The notes under the pieces: generated by a model
What the model was told of the DNA's origin: nothing
Seen by the model: only the letters and a program-made list of their open reading frames with translations
Databases searched by the model: none
Program-made: the position numbers and the translations under genes
Part shown: positions 8,554 through 17,046 of the stretch, piece by piece
How the letters are laid out: each line of letters starts with the position of its first letter
How positions within the stretch are numbered: the stretch's first letter is position 1
NCBI GenBank assembly: GCA_964430085.1
Contig: CAYSES010000002.1
Coordinates: forward strand, 1-41,703
Length of the DNA stretch: 41,703 nucleotides
Reading direction: 5' to 3'
DNA from: Candidatus Woesearchaeota archaeon
Lineage (GTDB): Archaea; Nanobdellota; Nanobdellia; Pacearchaeales; GW2011-AR1

Positions 8554-9411
8554 TTATGCAAGAGTTTTAATTGACCCGCATTTTAATTTATCAAAGTCAG
8601 CAGAATTTGCTTCAATTATCGCTGGTGAAAGGTAATCCTGTCCAGATTCCCCTTTCACAGTTGTTCCAATTACAGGACCTCCAGTTCCTCCGATAATTGC
8701 TCCTGCAATCAAACCTGCAGGACCTGCAACGAGACCTCCAAGTATCCCTCCTGCTATAGCCCACTCTTGGGAACCTACATCACTGAAAATCCCCATAATA
8801 ACATAATACTGTTTTTCAAAATTTATTTTTTCAAATTCAGCCGTGCCAGATGTCAAAGAGTCTTCTATTGATTGTACATCTTGTATACCTGAAATATAAT
8901 TTAAATAAGTTGTATCTTCATCTGGTATTTTTGTATTAGAAAGATATTCATAAAGATTCTTTTGATCTATTTGTCCATCATCAAAAATTTTGGTCATACT
9001 ATCATCAAAAGCTATCTGGGAGCAGATTGAACAATAAAGATTTGAAAAAAATTCAGTTCCAATATAATTTATTTTTCCTTCTCCAAATATCCACCAGCAA
9101 TCAGCCATCTCATCAGCTAAGATTTTATATGTGTCATCTTTTGTTTTAACTTTTTTGATTTCGGCATTTGTTACTTTTTCGCAACTCCCATCTTCAGTAA
9201 TACAAAGATAAGTTGTTTTACAATTCAACGGAGTAGCCTCTTTGGGTAAAACAACAGATCCCCTAGTAACAACGGAATTATGGCATATTTCTTTAGCACT
9301 GGTTTTTCCAAGATTAAGTCTAACTATAAAAAATAAAATAATAGCAAAACTCGCTATGAGAATAATTAAAAGAACTATCTGTTGAGTTGTGATCTCCCCT
9401 TTCTTTTTCAT
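8554..9411 (-). CDS. large pilin-like protein with Cys-rich domain and C-terminal glycine-zipper segment
   Basis: MKKKG + EITTQQIVLLIILIASFAIILFFIV. C-terminal segment WAIAGGILGGLVAGPAGLIAGAIIGGTGGPVIG. Confidence 0.65.
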   Translation of the reverse strand: MKKKGEITTQQIVLLIILIASFAIILFFIVRLNLGKTSAKEICHNSVVTRGSVVLPKEATPLNCKTTYLCITEDGSCEKVTNAEIKKVKTKDDTYKILADEMADCWWIFGEGKINYIGTEFFSNLYCSICSQIAFDDSMTKIFDDGQIDQKNLYEYLSNTKIPDEDTTYLNYISGIQDVQSIEDSLTSGTAEFEKINFEKQYYVIMGIFSDVGSQEWAIAGGILGGLVAGPAGLIAGAIIGGTGGPVIGTTVKGESGQDYLSPAIIEANSADFDKLKCGSIKTLA

Positions 9412-9458
9412 ATAATTAATTGTTTTTTATTGTTAATAAAATTAACTATAAAAAGAAA

Positions 9459-9545
9459 TCATAAAATTCCTATTTGTTTAAGCATAAAATATAATCCTAC
9501 CGCTGCTAATGCAAAAAAAACAATCCATATAATATATTTAATCAT
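9459..9545 (-). CDS. 28-aa single-TM micro-ORF (MIKYIIWIVFFALAAVGLYFMLKQIGIL)
   Basis: Hand-translated and absent from the ORF track. The ATG lies 4 nt after the stop of the upstream pilin-like gene, and TGA is at 9459-9461. Confidence 0.3.
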   Translation of the reverse strand: MIKYIIWIVFFALAAVGLYFMLKQIGIL

Positions 9546-9549
9546 TTCA

Positions 9550-10041
9550 TCAAGATCCATTTTTTTTGATTTCGATAGAACCATCGACATTTTTAATTGA
9601 AATATCAATCCCGTTCTTTTCTATTTTTATCTTTTCAAATTCCTTAAGAGTGGGGAGAACATTACACGAACCTTTTTCGTCACATCTTTTTATTTGCCAA
9701 TCAAACCAATCAGGAAAGACTTCTTCACAAATACATATACAATTTTGCCCAGTACAAAGATTAGGCTTTTTTTTATCTCCAACAAAACTAAAAATAAACC
9801 AATCAGAAGGGTTAGGCACATGAATTCCCTGTTCATTGTACTCCCCCCCATCCGCTATACGATTAATCTCCTTCATAACAATATCTTTTAAACTTGATTC
9901 AGCCTGTTTTATTTTTTCTTCGCCTGTAAACGAGTAATATAACGCAACTAAGAGGTATACTAAAAAAACAATACATATAACTGCAACTATAATCTTAAGA
10001 GTTTCAGAGCTGAGCAAAAATCCTTTTTTATCCTTATTCAT
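9550..10041 (-). CDS. pilin-like protein (class III signal peptide), Cys-rich
   Basis: MNKDKKG + FLLSSETLKIIVAVICIVFLVYLLVALYY. Cys cluster CTGQNCICICEE...RCDEKGSC. Confidence 0.65.
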   Translation of the reverse strand: MNKDKKGFLLSSETLKIIVAVICIVFLVYLLVALYYSFTGEEKIKQAESSLKDIVMKEINRIADGGEYNEQGIHVPNPSDWFIFSFVGDKKKPNLCTGQNCICICEEVFPDWFDWQIKRCDEKGSCNVLPTLKEFEKIKIEKNGIDISIKNVDGSIEIKKNGS

Positions 10042-10093
10042 TCAATTCCCCCCTAATAGGCTTCTCCGTCCTCAAATAACATATTTATCTTCC

Positions 10094-10255
10094 TCATTTT
10101 ATTAATACAACAAAAATTTGTGTAATATCCTCTGGCGAAAGACTTTTAAAAAACTCAATTACTCTATCCTTAAATACAAAAAAAACTCCTGCAACCACAG
10201 CAACAACTACAATAATCCCCAAAATTATTTTAATTAATTGTTCTGTTTCTAACAT
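10094..10255 (-). CDS. 53-aa single-TM membrane protein
   Basis: Hand-translated: MLETEQLIKIILGIIVVVAVVAGVFFVFKDRVIEFFKSLSPEDITQIFVVLIK. Its ATG shares one nucleotide with the upstream stop (TGATG). Confidence 0.4.
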   Translation of the reverse strand: MLETEQLIKIILGIIVVVAVVAGVFFVFKDRVIEFFKSLSPEDITQIFVVLIK

Positions 10256-10407
10256 CATCCCCTCCCAAAAAGACTTTTAATTTTAGCTATGAATCCTTCT
10301 CCAGTTCCCTTAAGGAAAAAAATACTAATCATTATTATTGCTAGGACAGCTAGCCCGATTAATAACCAAGGTAAATATTCTGTAACAATCCCTTTTTTAT
10401 TTTCCAT
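10255..10407 (-). CDS. 50-aa minimal pilin-like protein (class III signal peptide)
   Basis: Hand-translated: MENKKG + IVTEYLPWLLIGLAVLAIIMISIFFLKGTGEGFIAKIKSLFGRG. Same KKG motif as the larger pilin-like genes. Confidence 0.5.
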   Translation of the reverse strand: MENKKGIVTEYLPWLLIGLAVLAIIMISIFFLKGTGEGFIAKIKSLFGRG

Positions 10408-10448
10408 TAAATAAAAAAGATAAAAAGAATTAATAAATCTTTACAAAT

Positions 10449-12626
10449 TTATCCGGTTAAATTTCCCAATACAATTGATGTTAAAAGGAATAATGCAAGA
10501 GTTGCAAACAAAGCAGTTATGACATAAAGCCCGATTCCTTTCTTAAGATTAATTCCTATCTTATTTGTTTCTTCTAATTTATCTTCTCCCGAATTAATTG
10601 TTACAAGGGCTCCGGTTAGGATAAAGATTATTTCTATTAGATAGATTCCAACAACTATTTGAAGAAAATAAGGGGGGATCATTTTTGTTATATCAAAAAT
10701 ATTCAATATAGAACCAAGATTACCAAGTCCTGAAATTGATTCAGTGTTCCCGCTCAATCTTGCTATATCCAATCGTGTAAGTATTGCAGTTATCATAGCT
10801 GCTAACCCCACAACAATTCCAGATAATAAAGGGGCAAGGAAAGTCATATTGCTTTTCATATCAGAGATTATCTCTGCAAGCATGTCTCTCAATCTATTTG
10901 TAATTTTGTTTATGTTTTTTACATATTCAGAAATGCTTATCAGACTAAGAGCTGCAATGTTTAATCCTTTCTTAGCAGATTCTACAAGAATCTTCATACT
11001 TGTTGATATCAAATCAGAAGGATAATATCTTAGTGCTCCTCTTTTCTCATCAAAAATTGCCTGCTCAACTCCCATTCCCATTTGCATGATGTTATAATTA
11101 ACTCTTCTGAAAAAATCTTCAGTCTTTAATCCCTTACTTGATTCTGCTACTTTCCCAAATGCAAGTTCAGGAGGAACACCATTCCCTATTCTATTTCCTA
11201 ATTGAAATAAAGAGTTATTAAATTCAACTTCAAGTTCTTTTGTTTTTTCTCTTTCTTTAATCAATCCTTTTGTTTTTTTGTTAAAAGCGATTGAAAAGAA
11301 TGTTGCAACCCCCAATGTGAAAAAAATTCCGAATATTAATGCGCCTATTCCAAAAGGGCCTATCAGTTTTCCTCCTACATCCTTAAATCCAAATACAGAC
11401 TCATCTCCAAAGACACCTATCCCTAATTCTGAAAAGGTATAATCATGTTTCAATCCAAAAAGACTTGGAATAGGAGTATATTGGAATATCAAAGGCAAAA
11501 TTCCAATTAAAAAAAGAGGAAGACAAATCAAAAAAGCATGAATATAAGGTTTTCTGCTTTTGTATTGAGGATAAAGTGGATTTTTCTCTAAAAGTGAAGT
11601 TTCTCCATATCCTCCAGGTCTCAAAAATAAAATTTTATCTGTAAGATAAAAAACAAAGAAAGGAATTATAAGATTGAATAATACAAGAACATGATACCAT
11701 TTAAGTAAATCTCCAATCATTGCAGATGCTAATGGGAGTAATGCTAATCCAAGAGTTGGCAAAACAACCCCCAACATATAAACATTTGTAAGAGGACTTC
11801 TAACATTGTGACTAAATTTCAACATCTTGTCATAGACACCATCAAGAACCACTTGAAGGGATTTTTCAAGAGTAACAATTCTCTTAGCATTATCTGGTTC
11901 AAACAAACTGCTTTCGATTAAATGGAAGGATTCTATAAACTCTACAGAATAATCTCTCCAAGTATTAAGATAATCATCCAAACTTTCTTTTATTGTAGAA
12001 AATTTTCCTACCTCTACATTATAAAAAACTTTTTTAAAATCCAAGGCAAGAGGATATTGCAAATGCTGGGATGCAAAAGATATTGCTTTTTCCAAATTAG
12101 GCGTGTGTCTCATATAAACTACTATATACAAAATAGCGGGAACCATTTGAGATGATGCTTTAAGCCTCCATTTATTTGCCAATCGCGCAGGATAACCATT
12201 CGTAAAATAAAAAAGAAATAAACCAAAAATAATCACAAGGAAAAAAAAGAAAAAAGGAAATTCTTCAAAGCCACCTTTAAACAAGGCAATCGCAACAGAT
12301 ACTAAAAGTCCAAGCATAAAAACTCCAATAAAAACCATTATACTAAGAGTGGCAGGTTGCCATGGTTCAAGGTCAAGATGGGCAATATCTAATTGTCTTT
12401 TAATTTTTGCGGCATCTTTTTCAGGTACTTTTAATTTTAATGTATTTCCAAGGGTGCGACATAATTTTTCATACCTTGTTAATTCGGGGGCAAGCTCTCC
12501 TTTAAATTTTGTATAACTTTGACTATAATTAACATTTTCTACATTAGTAGTTTTTATACTTTTTTCAATTCGGGCGGCATGTCTTTTAAGAATTTCATCT
12601 ATATTTGGTTTTTTATAGGGTTCCAT
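10449..12626 (-). CDS. type IV pilus/archaellum-type assembly platform membrane protein (FlaJ/TadC/PilC-like)
   Basis: 725-aa polytopic protein with two cytoplasmic T2SSF-like helical domains (PLALDFKKVFYNVEVGKFSTIKESLDDY and GVPPELAFGKVAE...VNYNIMQMGMGVEQAI), each followed by TM bundles. Same operon as the ATPase. Confidence 0.7.
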   Translation of the reverse strand: MEPYKKPNIDEILKRHAARIEKSIKTTNVENVNYSQSYTKFKGELAPELTRYEKLCRTLGNTLKLKVPEKDAAKIKRQLDIAHLDLEPWQPATLSIMVFIGVFMLGLLVSVAIALFKGGFEEFPFFFFFLVIIFGLFLFYFTNGYPARLANKWRLKASSQMVPAILYIVVYMRHTPNLEKAISFASQHLQYPLALDFKKVFYNVEVGKFSTIKESLDDYLNTWRDYSVEFIESFHLIESSLFEPDNAKRIVTLEKSLQVVLDGVYDKMLKFSHNVRSPLTNVYMLGVVLPTLGLALLPLASAMIGDLLKWYHVLVLFNLIIPFFVFYLTDKILFLRPGGYGETSLLEKNPLYPQYKSRKPYIHAFLICLPLFLIGILPLIFQYTPIPSLFGLKHDYTFSELGIGVFGDESVFGFKDVGGKLIGPFGIGALIFGIFFTLGVATFFSIAFNKKTKGLIKEREKTKELEVEFNNSLFQLGNRIGNGVPPELAFGKVAESSKGLKTEDFFRRVNYNIMQMGMGVEQAIFDEKRGALRYYPSDLISTSMKILVESAKKGLNIAALSLISISEYVKNINKITNRLRDMLAEIISDMKSNMTFLAPLLSGIVVGLAAMITAILTRLDIARLSGNTESISGLGNLGSILNIFDITKMIPPYFLQIVVGIYLIEIIFILTGALVTINSGEDKLEETNKIGINLKKGIGLYVITALFATLALFLLTSIVLGNLTG

Positions 12627-12699
12627 TTTCCTCTTCTTTAACTAATAAAACAAAAATAGAATTAATAAATGTTTAGAAAAAATTAAGAAATTTTATTTT

Positions 12700-13056
12700 T
12701 TAAAGAGCCTTGGAATTATTCAACGGGGTTATTTCGTTTTCTTTTTCTTTAAAATTTAATCTATCAAATAATGAATGTTTATAAGTAAATTCATTCTCTT
12801 CATAAAGGTGGTTACGATTCTTGTCCTCTTGGGTCGCCATATGTTCCCATATTATACTTCCCCTATCGTTAACACCTATTGGAAGATTAAAAAATCTTAT
12901 ATCTCCGATATTATCATTATCAGTATCATATTCAGTAACAAGAAAAGGTCCAGCAGGATATGTAAAAAGGATTCTATATTCAGTGATATTGGGTAATGTC
13001 TTACATCCAAATAAAAAAGGAAGTGCTCCAATTAATAACAAATTTCTTAATTTCAT
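12700..13056 (-). CDS. putative lipoprotein
   Basis: Signal peptide with a lipobox-like LFGC (MKLRNLLLIGALPFLFGC). Asp-rich loop YDTDNDNIGD. ATGA overlap with the upstream gene. Confidence 0.5.
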   Translation of the reverse strand: MKLRNLLLIGALPFLFGCKTLPNITEYRILFTYPAGPFLVTEYDTDNDNIGDIRFFNLPIGVNDRGSIIWEHMATQEDKNRNHLYEENEFTYKHSLFDRLNFKEKENEITPLNNSKAL

Positions 13057-13547
13057 TTTGAATTGCTCATTTGTTTTTTCTTAAGATAAAAAAATGCAAA
13101 AACTAATCCACAAACGAAAAAACATAATCCAATCCATTTAAAATTATCAGGAGTAATCCCAGCAACGGCATTTCCTGTTAAATTAAAAGACACAAAGAGC
13201 AATGCAAGAGCAAGTGTAAGTATAGAACTTGTTGCTAAAGAAAGTCTCCCATACATTCCTTTCAATGGTTTATTCGTTGCAAGTTTTGCCTCTATTGAAC
13301 TTATTTTTTTTATTAATCTATTTTTTTCAATTGCAGATTCCGCTTCTTTTACTGCGAATCTATAGTCACGTTTAGCACATCTAAGAGTATCTTCTATTGA
13401 ATAAATACTTGGTTTCTTTGTAGAAAGAAACCATTCATCTCCAGCTTCTTCATAAATCTTAAAAGCATCTTTAAACCCATGGGAACTTGCCTTTCTTGCT
13501 CTTCTCTCCAATTTTAATGCATTTTCGTAATGACTAACCATATTCAA
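13053..13547 (-). CDS. membrane protein (cytoplasmic helical N-domain plus 2 C-terminal TM)
   Basis: The ORF-track start at 13547 is TTG. The first ATG is at 13541 (MVSHYE...). No recognised motif. Lies between the ATPase and the platform. Confidence 0.5.
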   Translation of the reverse strand: MNMVSHYENALKLERRARKASSHGFKDAFKIYEEAGDEWFLSTKKPSIYSIEDTLRCAKRDYRFAVKEAESAIEKNRLIKKISSIEAKLATNKPLKGMYGRLSLATSSILTLALALLFVSFNLTGNAVAGITPDNFKWIGLCFFVCGLVFAFFYLKKKQMSNSK

Positions 13548-13576
13548 ACTAAATTAATTAACTTTAAATAATTTTT

Positions 13577-15859
13577 CTAAAATTTCTTTTTCTTAATTTC
13601 ATCATTTAACCACTTCTGCCATGCAGGAAACACTCTTTCTCCAAGAGGAAGCCCTATCTCTTGTCTAATACTATCAGAGATTTCATGAAATAAATGATTA
13701 GATAATGTATTAAATGGAGCTTCTAAAATTTGATTGTAGCCTGTTTTCTGTGCAACTTCAGTAATCTCTTTTTTTATCTTACCCCTTAAAAGGATATTGT
13801 CATAAATAGCATCCCAATTTCCTGCCCACCCTTTTACATTAGAAGCTATTCCTTTTATAATCTCACTGTCTCCATTAATTAAATCATCACTGGGTTTCAG
13901 ATCATCTTTTTCTATATCATAATTAAGAAGGTCAACAAATCCCTTCTCTAATTGGGGATCATCTTTCCAATGTTTTCTTACTTCTGAAAGTTGGACCACT
14001 CTTCTCATTGAATGCAACCCATCAGCAGTCTTTATAGGATTACACACCACAATTATATCAGTGGCTTTAAAACTAGTCGCCGGAACTTCCAAATCATTTA
14101 CAACTCTATCAAAAACGCCATAAGGGCTTGCGCCATGTATTGTCCCAGCCACAACATTTGCCAAAGCACCAACCCTCATTGCTTCATAAAGCGCCTTAGC
14201 TTCAGTACTTCTTACTTCACCGATGATTAAACAACTATCTCCCAGTCTCAAACTTGTCCTGATTCCGTCATCTGCAGAAACTTCAGTCGTAGTTTTTAAT
14301 AATGCAGATCGAACTTTCATCCTAAGGATATCATATTCCAGTTTTCTCAAAGACTCAACAGGCAATTCTAAAGAATCCTCAATAACAATAATTCTGTTTT
14401 TAGGAACAATCTCAAGCATCAAGCTTCCAAGCAAAGAAGTTTTTCCTGAACTTCTTGTTCCTGCAACCAAGAGTGTTCGTGCTCCATCAATAAGAAAACT
14501 TAATAATCCTGCAGTAAAAGAATTCAACATTCCATTTTTCACAAATAAGGGCAATGTCCAGGGATCTTCTCTGTGCCTTCTAATAGCATATGCTAATCCG
14601 TCAGGCGAAAGGGGATTTTGTATTATAGCAATTCTCGCTCTCATTTTTCCGACTTCTAATTGGGTGTCTAGTATAGGATTTGCTTCGTCCAACGGTCTTC
14701 CAGAAATCATTCTGAACTTTGCTGCCCATGAATCAATATCTGCTTGACTAGGAAGAATGTTTGTAGAACACTCTCCATAATCTTGATGCCTAACAAAAAT
14801 GTTAGTCATAGGAATTGGAGCATTCAAAAAAATGTCCTGTAATTTCTTATCTTGTAAAATAACTTCAACAAGCCCAAACCCAATTGTTTGTCTGACAAGA
14901 ATCGTAGCAAGTTTATTTAAATCAAGATAATTCAATTTTATTTGTTGTGATTGAGCTAAATCTTGGAGTAGGTCTTTTGCAATGTTAAAAAAAACATTTC
15001 TTATTCTTTCAATATCAGTAAATTCCTCTGCTTTTGGTTGATGTTCAATTAAAACACCTCTCGCCAAATTCAAAAGCATATTATAATCTTCATCAAGAGA
15101 AGTTTCAGGAGGATTTAAATGATAGACAAATTTTGATTCATCTTTTCTTTTTAAAATTGTAACAATTGAGAGATCATATTTTTCGCCTATTTCATATTGG
15201 TCAATAATTTCAGCATCTTCAGGAAGGTCATAAACTAATCTTGTAAATGTAAAATTAGGGATTACATCTGGTTTGAATATTCTATGATATATTTCTCTGT
15301 CACCTTTTCTGTAATCATCAAAATAAGGAAGAATTGCCTGTATTAGTTTTGTATTTTGCAAAAGAGAAGAGATACGTTCAAGAAAATATACATAACTTTC
15401 TTGATCATTTTTATATTGCACTGAAATTTTATCAAGCAAGATTTTAGCCTGAATAATATCTTTTTTGATTTCAAAATATGCTGCAATAGGATCTTGTCTT
15501 AACAATAATAAAAAAGAAAAAATTTCATTATATCTCTGATTAAAAAATTGGGGATGTGAAGTAACAAGTTTCCCTTGAGAAAGTATTTTTTCTTGTTTAA
15601 GGAAAAAAACATAAAGTTGAGAAATTTCTAATAAAATTGCTGTCTCCTTAAAATCATAATTATAATTTTTTTGTTGAACAAAAATAATTCTTGAAACATT
15701 TGGATTTTCTATTAAGGCATCAACAGTTCTCCCCATTACTTCAGGATAATCAGATAAGTTAGGCACATAAGGCGCTCCGAGATAATCAATATAAAGAACA
15801 TCTTCTCCGCCTTCTCGTCTAACTTCATAAGAATATAATTTTCCCTCTTTATCTGGCAT
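13577..15859 (-). CDS. type II/IV secretion-family ATPase (FlaI/PilB/VirB11-like) with long N-terminal domain
   Basis: Walker A GTRSSGKTS, Asp box RIIVIEDSLEL, Walker B CLIIGEVRS, His box GTIHGAS. The ORF-track start at 15925 is GTG. The first ATG, at 15859 (MPDKEGK), leaves a plausible 99-nt divergent promoter region. Confidence 0.9.
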   Translation of the reverse strand: MPDKEGKLYSYEVRREGGEDVLYIDYLGAPYVPNLSDYPEVMGRTVDALIENPNVSRIIFVQQKNYNYDFKETAILLEISQLYVFFLKQEKILSQGKLVTSHPQFFNQRYNEIFSFLLLLRQDPIAAYFEIKKDIIQAKILLDKISVQYKNDQESYVYFLERISSLLQNTKLIQAILPYFDDYRKGDREIYHRIFKPDVIPNFTFTRLVYDLPEDAEIIDQYEIGEKYDLSIVTILKRKDESKFVYHLNPPETSLDEDYNMLLNLARGVLIEHQPKAEEFTDIERIRNVFFNIAKDLLQDLAQSQQIKLNYLDLNKLATILVRQTIGFGLVEVILQDKKLQDIFLNAPIPMTNIFVRHQDYGECSTNILPSQADIDSWAAKFRMISGRPLDEANPILDTQLEVGKMRARIAIIQNPLSPDGLAYAIRRHREDPWTLPLFVKNGMLNSFTAGLLSFLIDGARTLLVAGTRSSGKTSLLGSLMLEIVPKNRIIVIEDSLELPVESLRKLEYDILRMKVRSALLKTTTEVSADDGIRTSLRLGDSCLIIGEVRSTEAKALYEAMRVGALANVVAGTIHGASPYGVFDRVVNDLEVPATSFKATDIIVVCNPIKTADGLHSMRRVVQLSEVRKHWKDDPQLEKGFVDLLNYDIEKDDLKPSDDLINGDSEIIKGIASNVKGWAGNWDAIYDNILLRGKIKKEITEVAQKTGYNQILEAPFNTLSNHLFHEISDSIRQEIGLPLGERVFPAWQKWLNDEIKKKKF

Positions 15860-15958
15860 GAATAAAAAAGACGTATTAAGTTTAAAATATTTTGTATAAT
15901 TACTTTTATTTGTGTTTATAAACACAACAAATTTAAACTACTTTCACATCACCACTAT

Positions 15959-16306
15959 ATGGCGGAGGAACAACAGGATTATGCGGCTCAATATGGTGCT
16001 GAACTAAATACAAAAGTAAGAGATATAGAAGAAAAACAAAGATTATTGAAGGATAGACTTCTTTTAATAGGGCAAAACCTTATAGAATTAAAAGACAAAA
16101 CAAATTCTAAGATATTGGATATGAAAAAAGATTTGGATATAATGAAACAAAGTGTTGAAAGATTGTCTTCTTTTTTGGAGACAGTCTCAAGTGAATTTTC
16201 AAAATTTGCTAAAAAAGAGGACTTGGATATTTTGATAAAGCAAGCAAAAATGTTTCAGCCATTAGACCTTGTAACCAAACAAGAGTTAGCAAACTTAAGA
16301 AAATAA
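15959..16306 (+). CDS. coiled-coil protein, divergent from the pilus ATPase
   Basis: 115 aa with heptad-rich sequence. It shares the segment ILDMKKDLDIMKQSVERL with the next gene (IESIKKEMGMMQDSFSKM). Confidence 0.6.
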   Translation: MAEEQQDYAAQYGAELNTKVRDIEEKQRLLKDRLLLIGQNLIELKDKTNSKILDMKKDLDIMKQSVERLSSFLETVSSEFSKFAKKEDLDILIKQAKMFQPLDLVTKQELANLRK

Positions 16307-16347
16307 ATACCAGAAAAATTAAAAACATTTAAAGATTAATATAAAAA

Positions 16348-17046
16348 ATGGGGGTTTTAGAGCAAATAACAAAAATGAAGAAGGAAGGCGTTTCTGATAA
16401 TGATATTGTCAATCAATTATCCCAACAAGGAATTTCACCAAGAGAAATAAATGATGCATTAAATCAAGCACAGATTAAAGATGCTGTATCAAGATCTGAT
16501 CCAGAAGGAACAGCTTCAGTTATGCCTGGAGGTGAAGCCCCCGAAGCTCAAAATCAAGAATATGTTCCGGGAAACTATGGGAATACTCCGACACAGGGAT
16601 ATGCCCCCGCTGCCCAAGAAGAAAATTATGCTCCTCAATCTCAAGAACAGCAACAATATTATGCTCCAGAACAAGGATACGAACAGCAGCAATATGCTCC
16701 TTCAGGAATTGATACAGACAGTGTAATGGAAATTTCAGATCAAATTTTCTCTGAGAAAATAAAAAATGTTCAGAACCAACTTGACTCAACTTCAGATGCT
16801 GTGATTACATTAAAAACAAAAATAGATAATGTTTCAGACAGATTAAAAAAAATAGAAACAATAATAGATAAACTACAAATTGCTATTCTTGAAAAGATTG
16901 GTTCCTATGGGGACAATTTGGAAAGCATTAAAAAAGAAATGGGAATGATGCAAGATTCTTTCTCAAAAATGATTACACCAAAAAAGGAACAAGAAAAAAG
17001 AAAACCAGAATCTTATGAAGAAAAAGAGAAATTAAAGAAAAAATAA
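16348..17046 (+). CDS. three-part protein: small helical N-domain, Q/Y/P-rich disordered linker, coiled-coil C-domain
   Basis: N-domain ITKMKKEGVSDNDIVNQLSQQGISPREINDALNQA. The linker has four Y-A-P repeats. The C-terminal coiled coil is paralogous to 15959..16306. Confidence 0.65.
   Translation: MGVLEQITKMKKEGVSDNDIVNQLSQQGISPREINDALNQAQIKDAVSRSDPEGTASVMPGGEAPEAQNQEYVPGNYGNTPTQGYAPAAQEENYAPQSQEQQQYYAPEQGYEQQQYAPSGIDTDSVMEISDQIFSEKIKNVQNQLDSTSDAVITLKTKIDNVSDRLKKIETIIDKLQIAILEKIGSYGDNLESIKKEMGMMQDSFSKMITPKKEQEKRKPESYEEKEKLKKK

Noticed and set aside
14223-14747. 174-aa plus-strand ORF (and 14012..14230) inside the secretion ATPase gene
   Set aside because: It runs antisense to the most conserved ATPase motifs (Walker A/B, His box). 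Its Ser/Ile/Leu/Phe-rich composition is what the reverse frame of AT-rich coding DNA produces. No start context or motif supports it.
15860-15925. GTG-initiated 22-aa extension of the pilus ATPase
   Set aside because: The start codon is GTG and would leave only 33 nt for two divergent promoters. The ATG at 15859 has TATA-like ttttaaac about 25 nt upstream.
16481-16789. 81-aa (+) and 89-aa (-) alternative-frame ORFs over the Q/Y/P-rich region
   Set aside because: They are embedded in the longer 232-aa frame, which has coherent N- and C-terminal domains. Low-complexity DNA commonly stays open in several frames.
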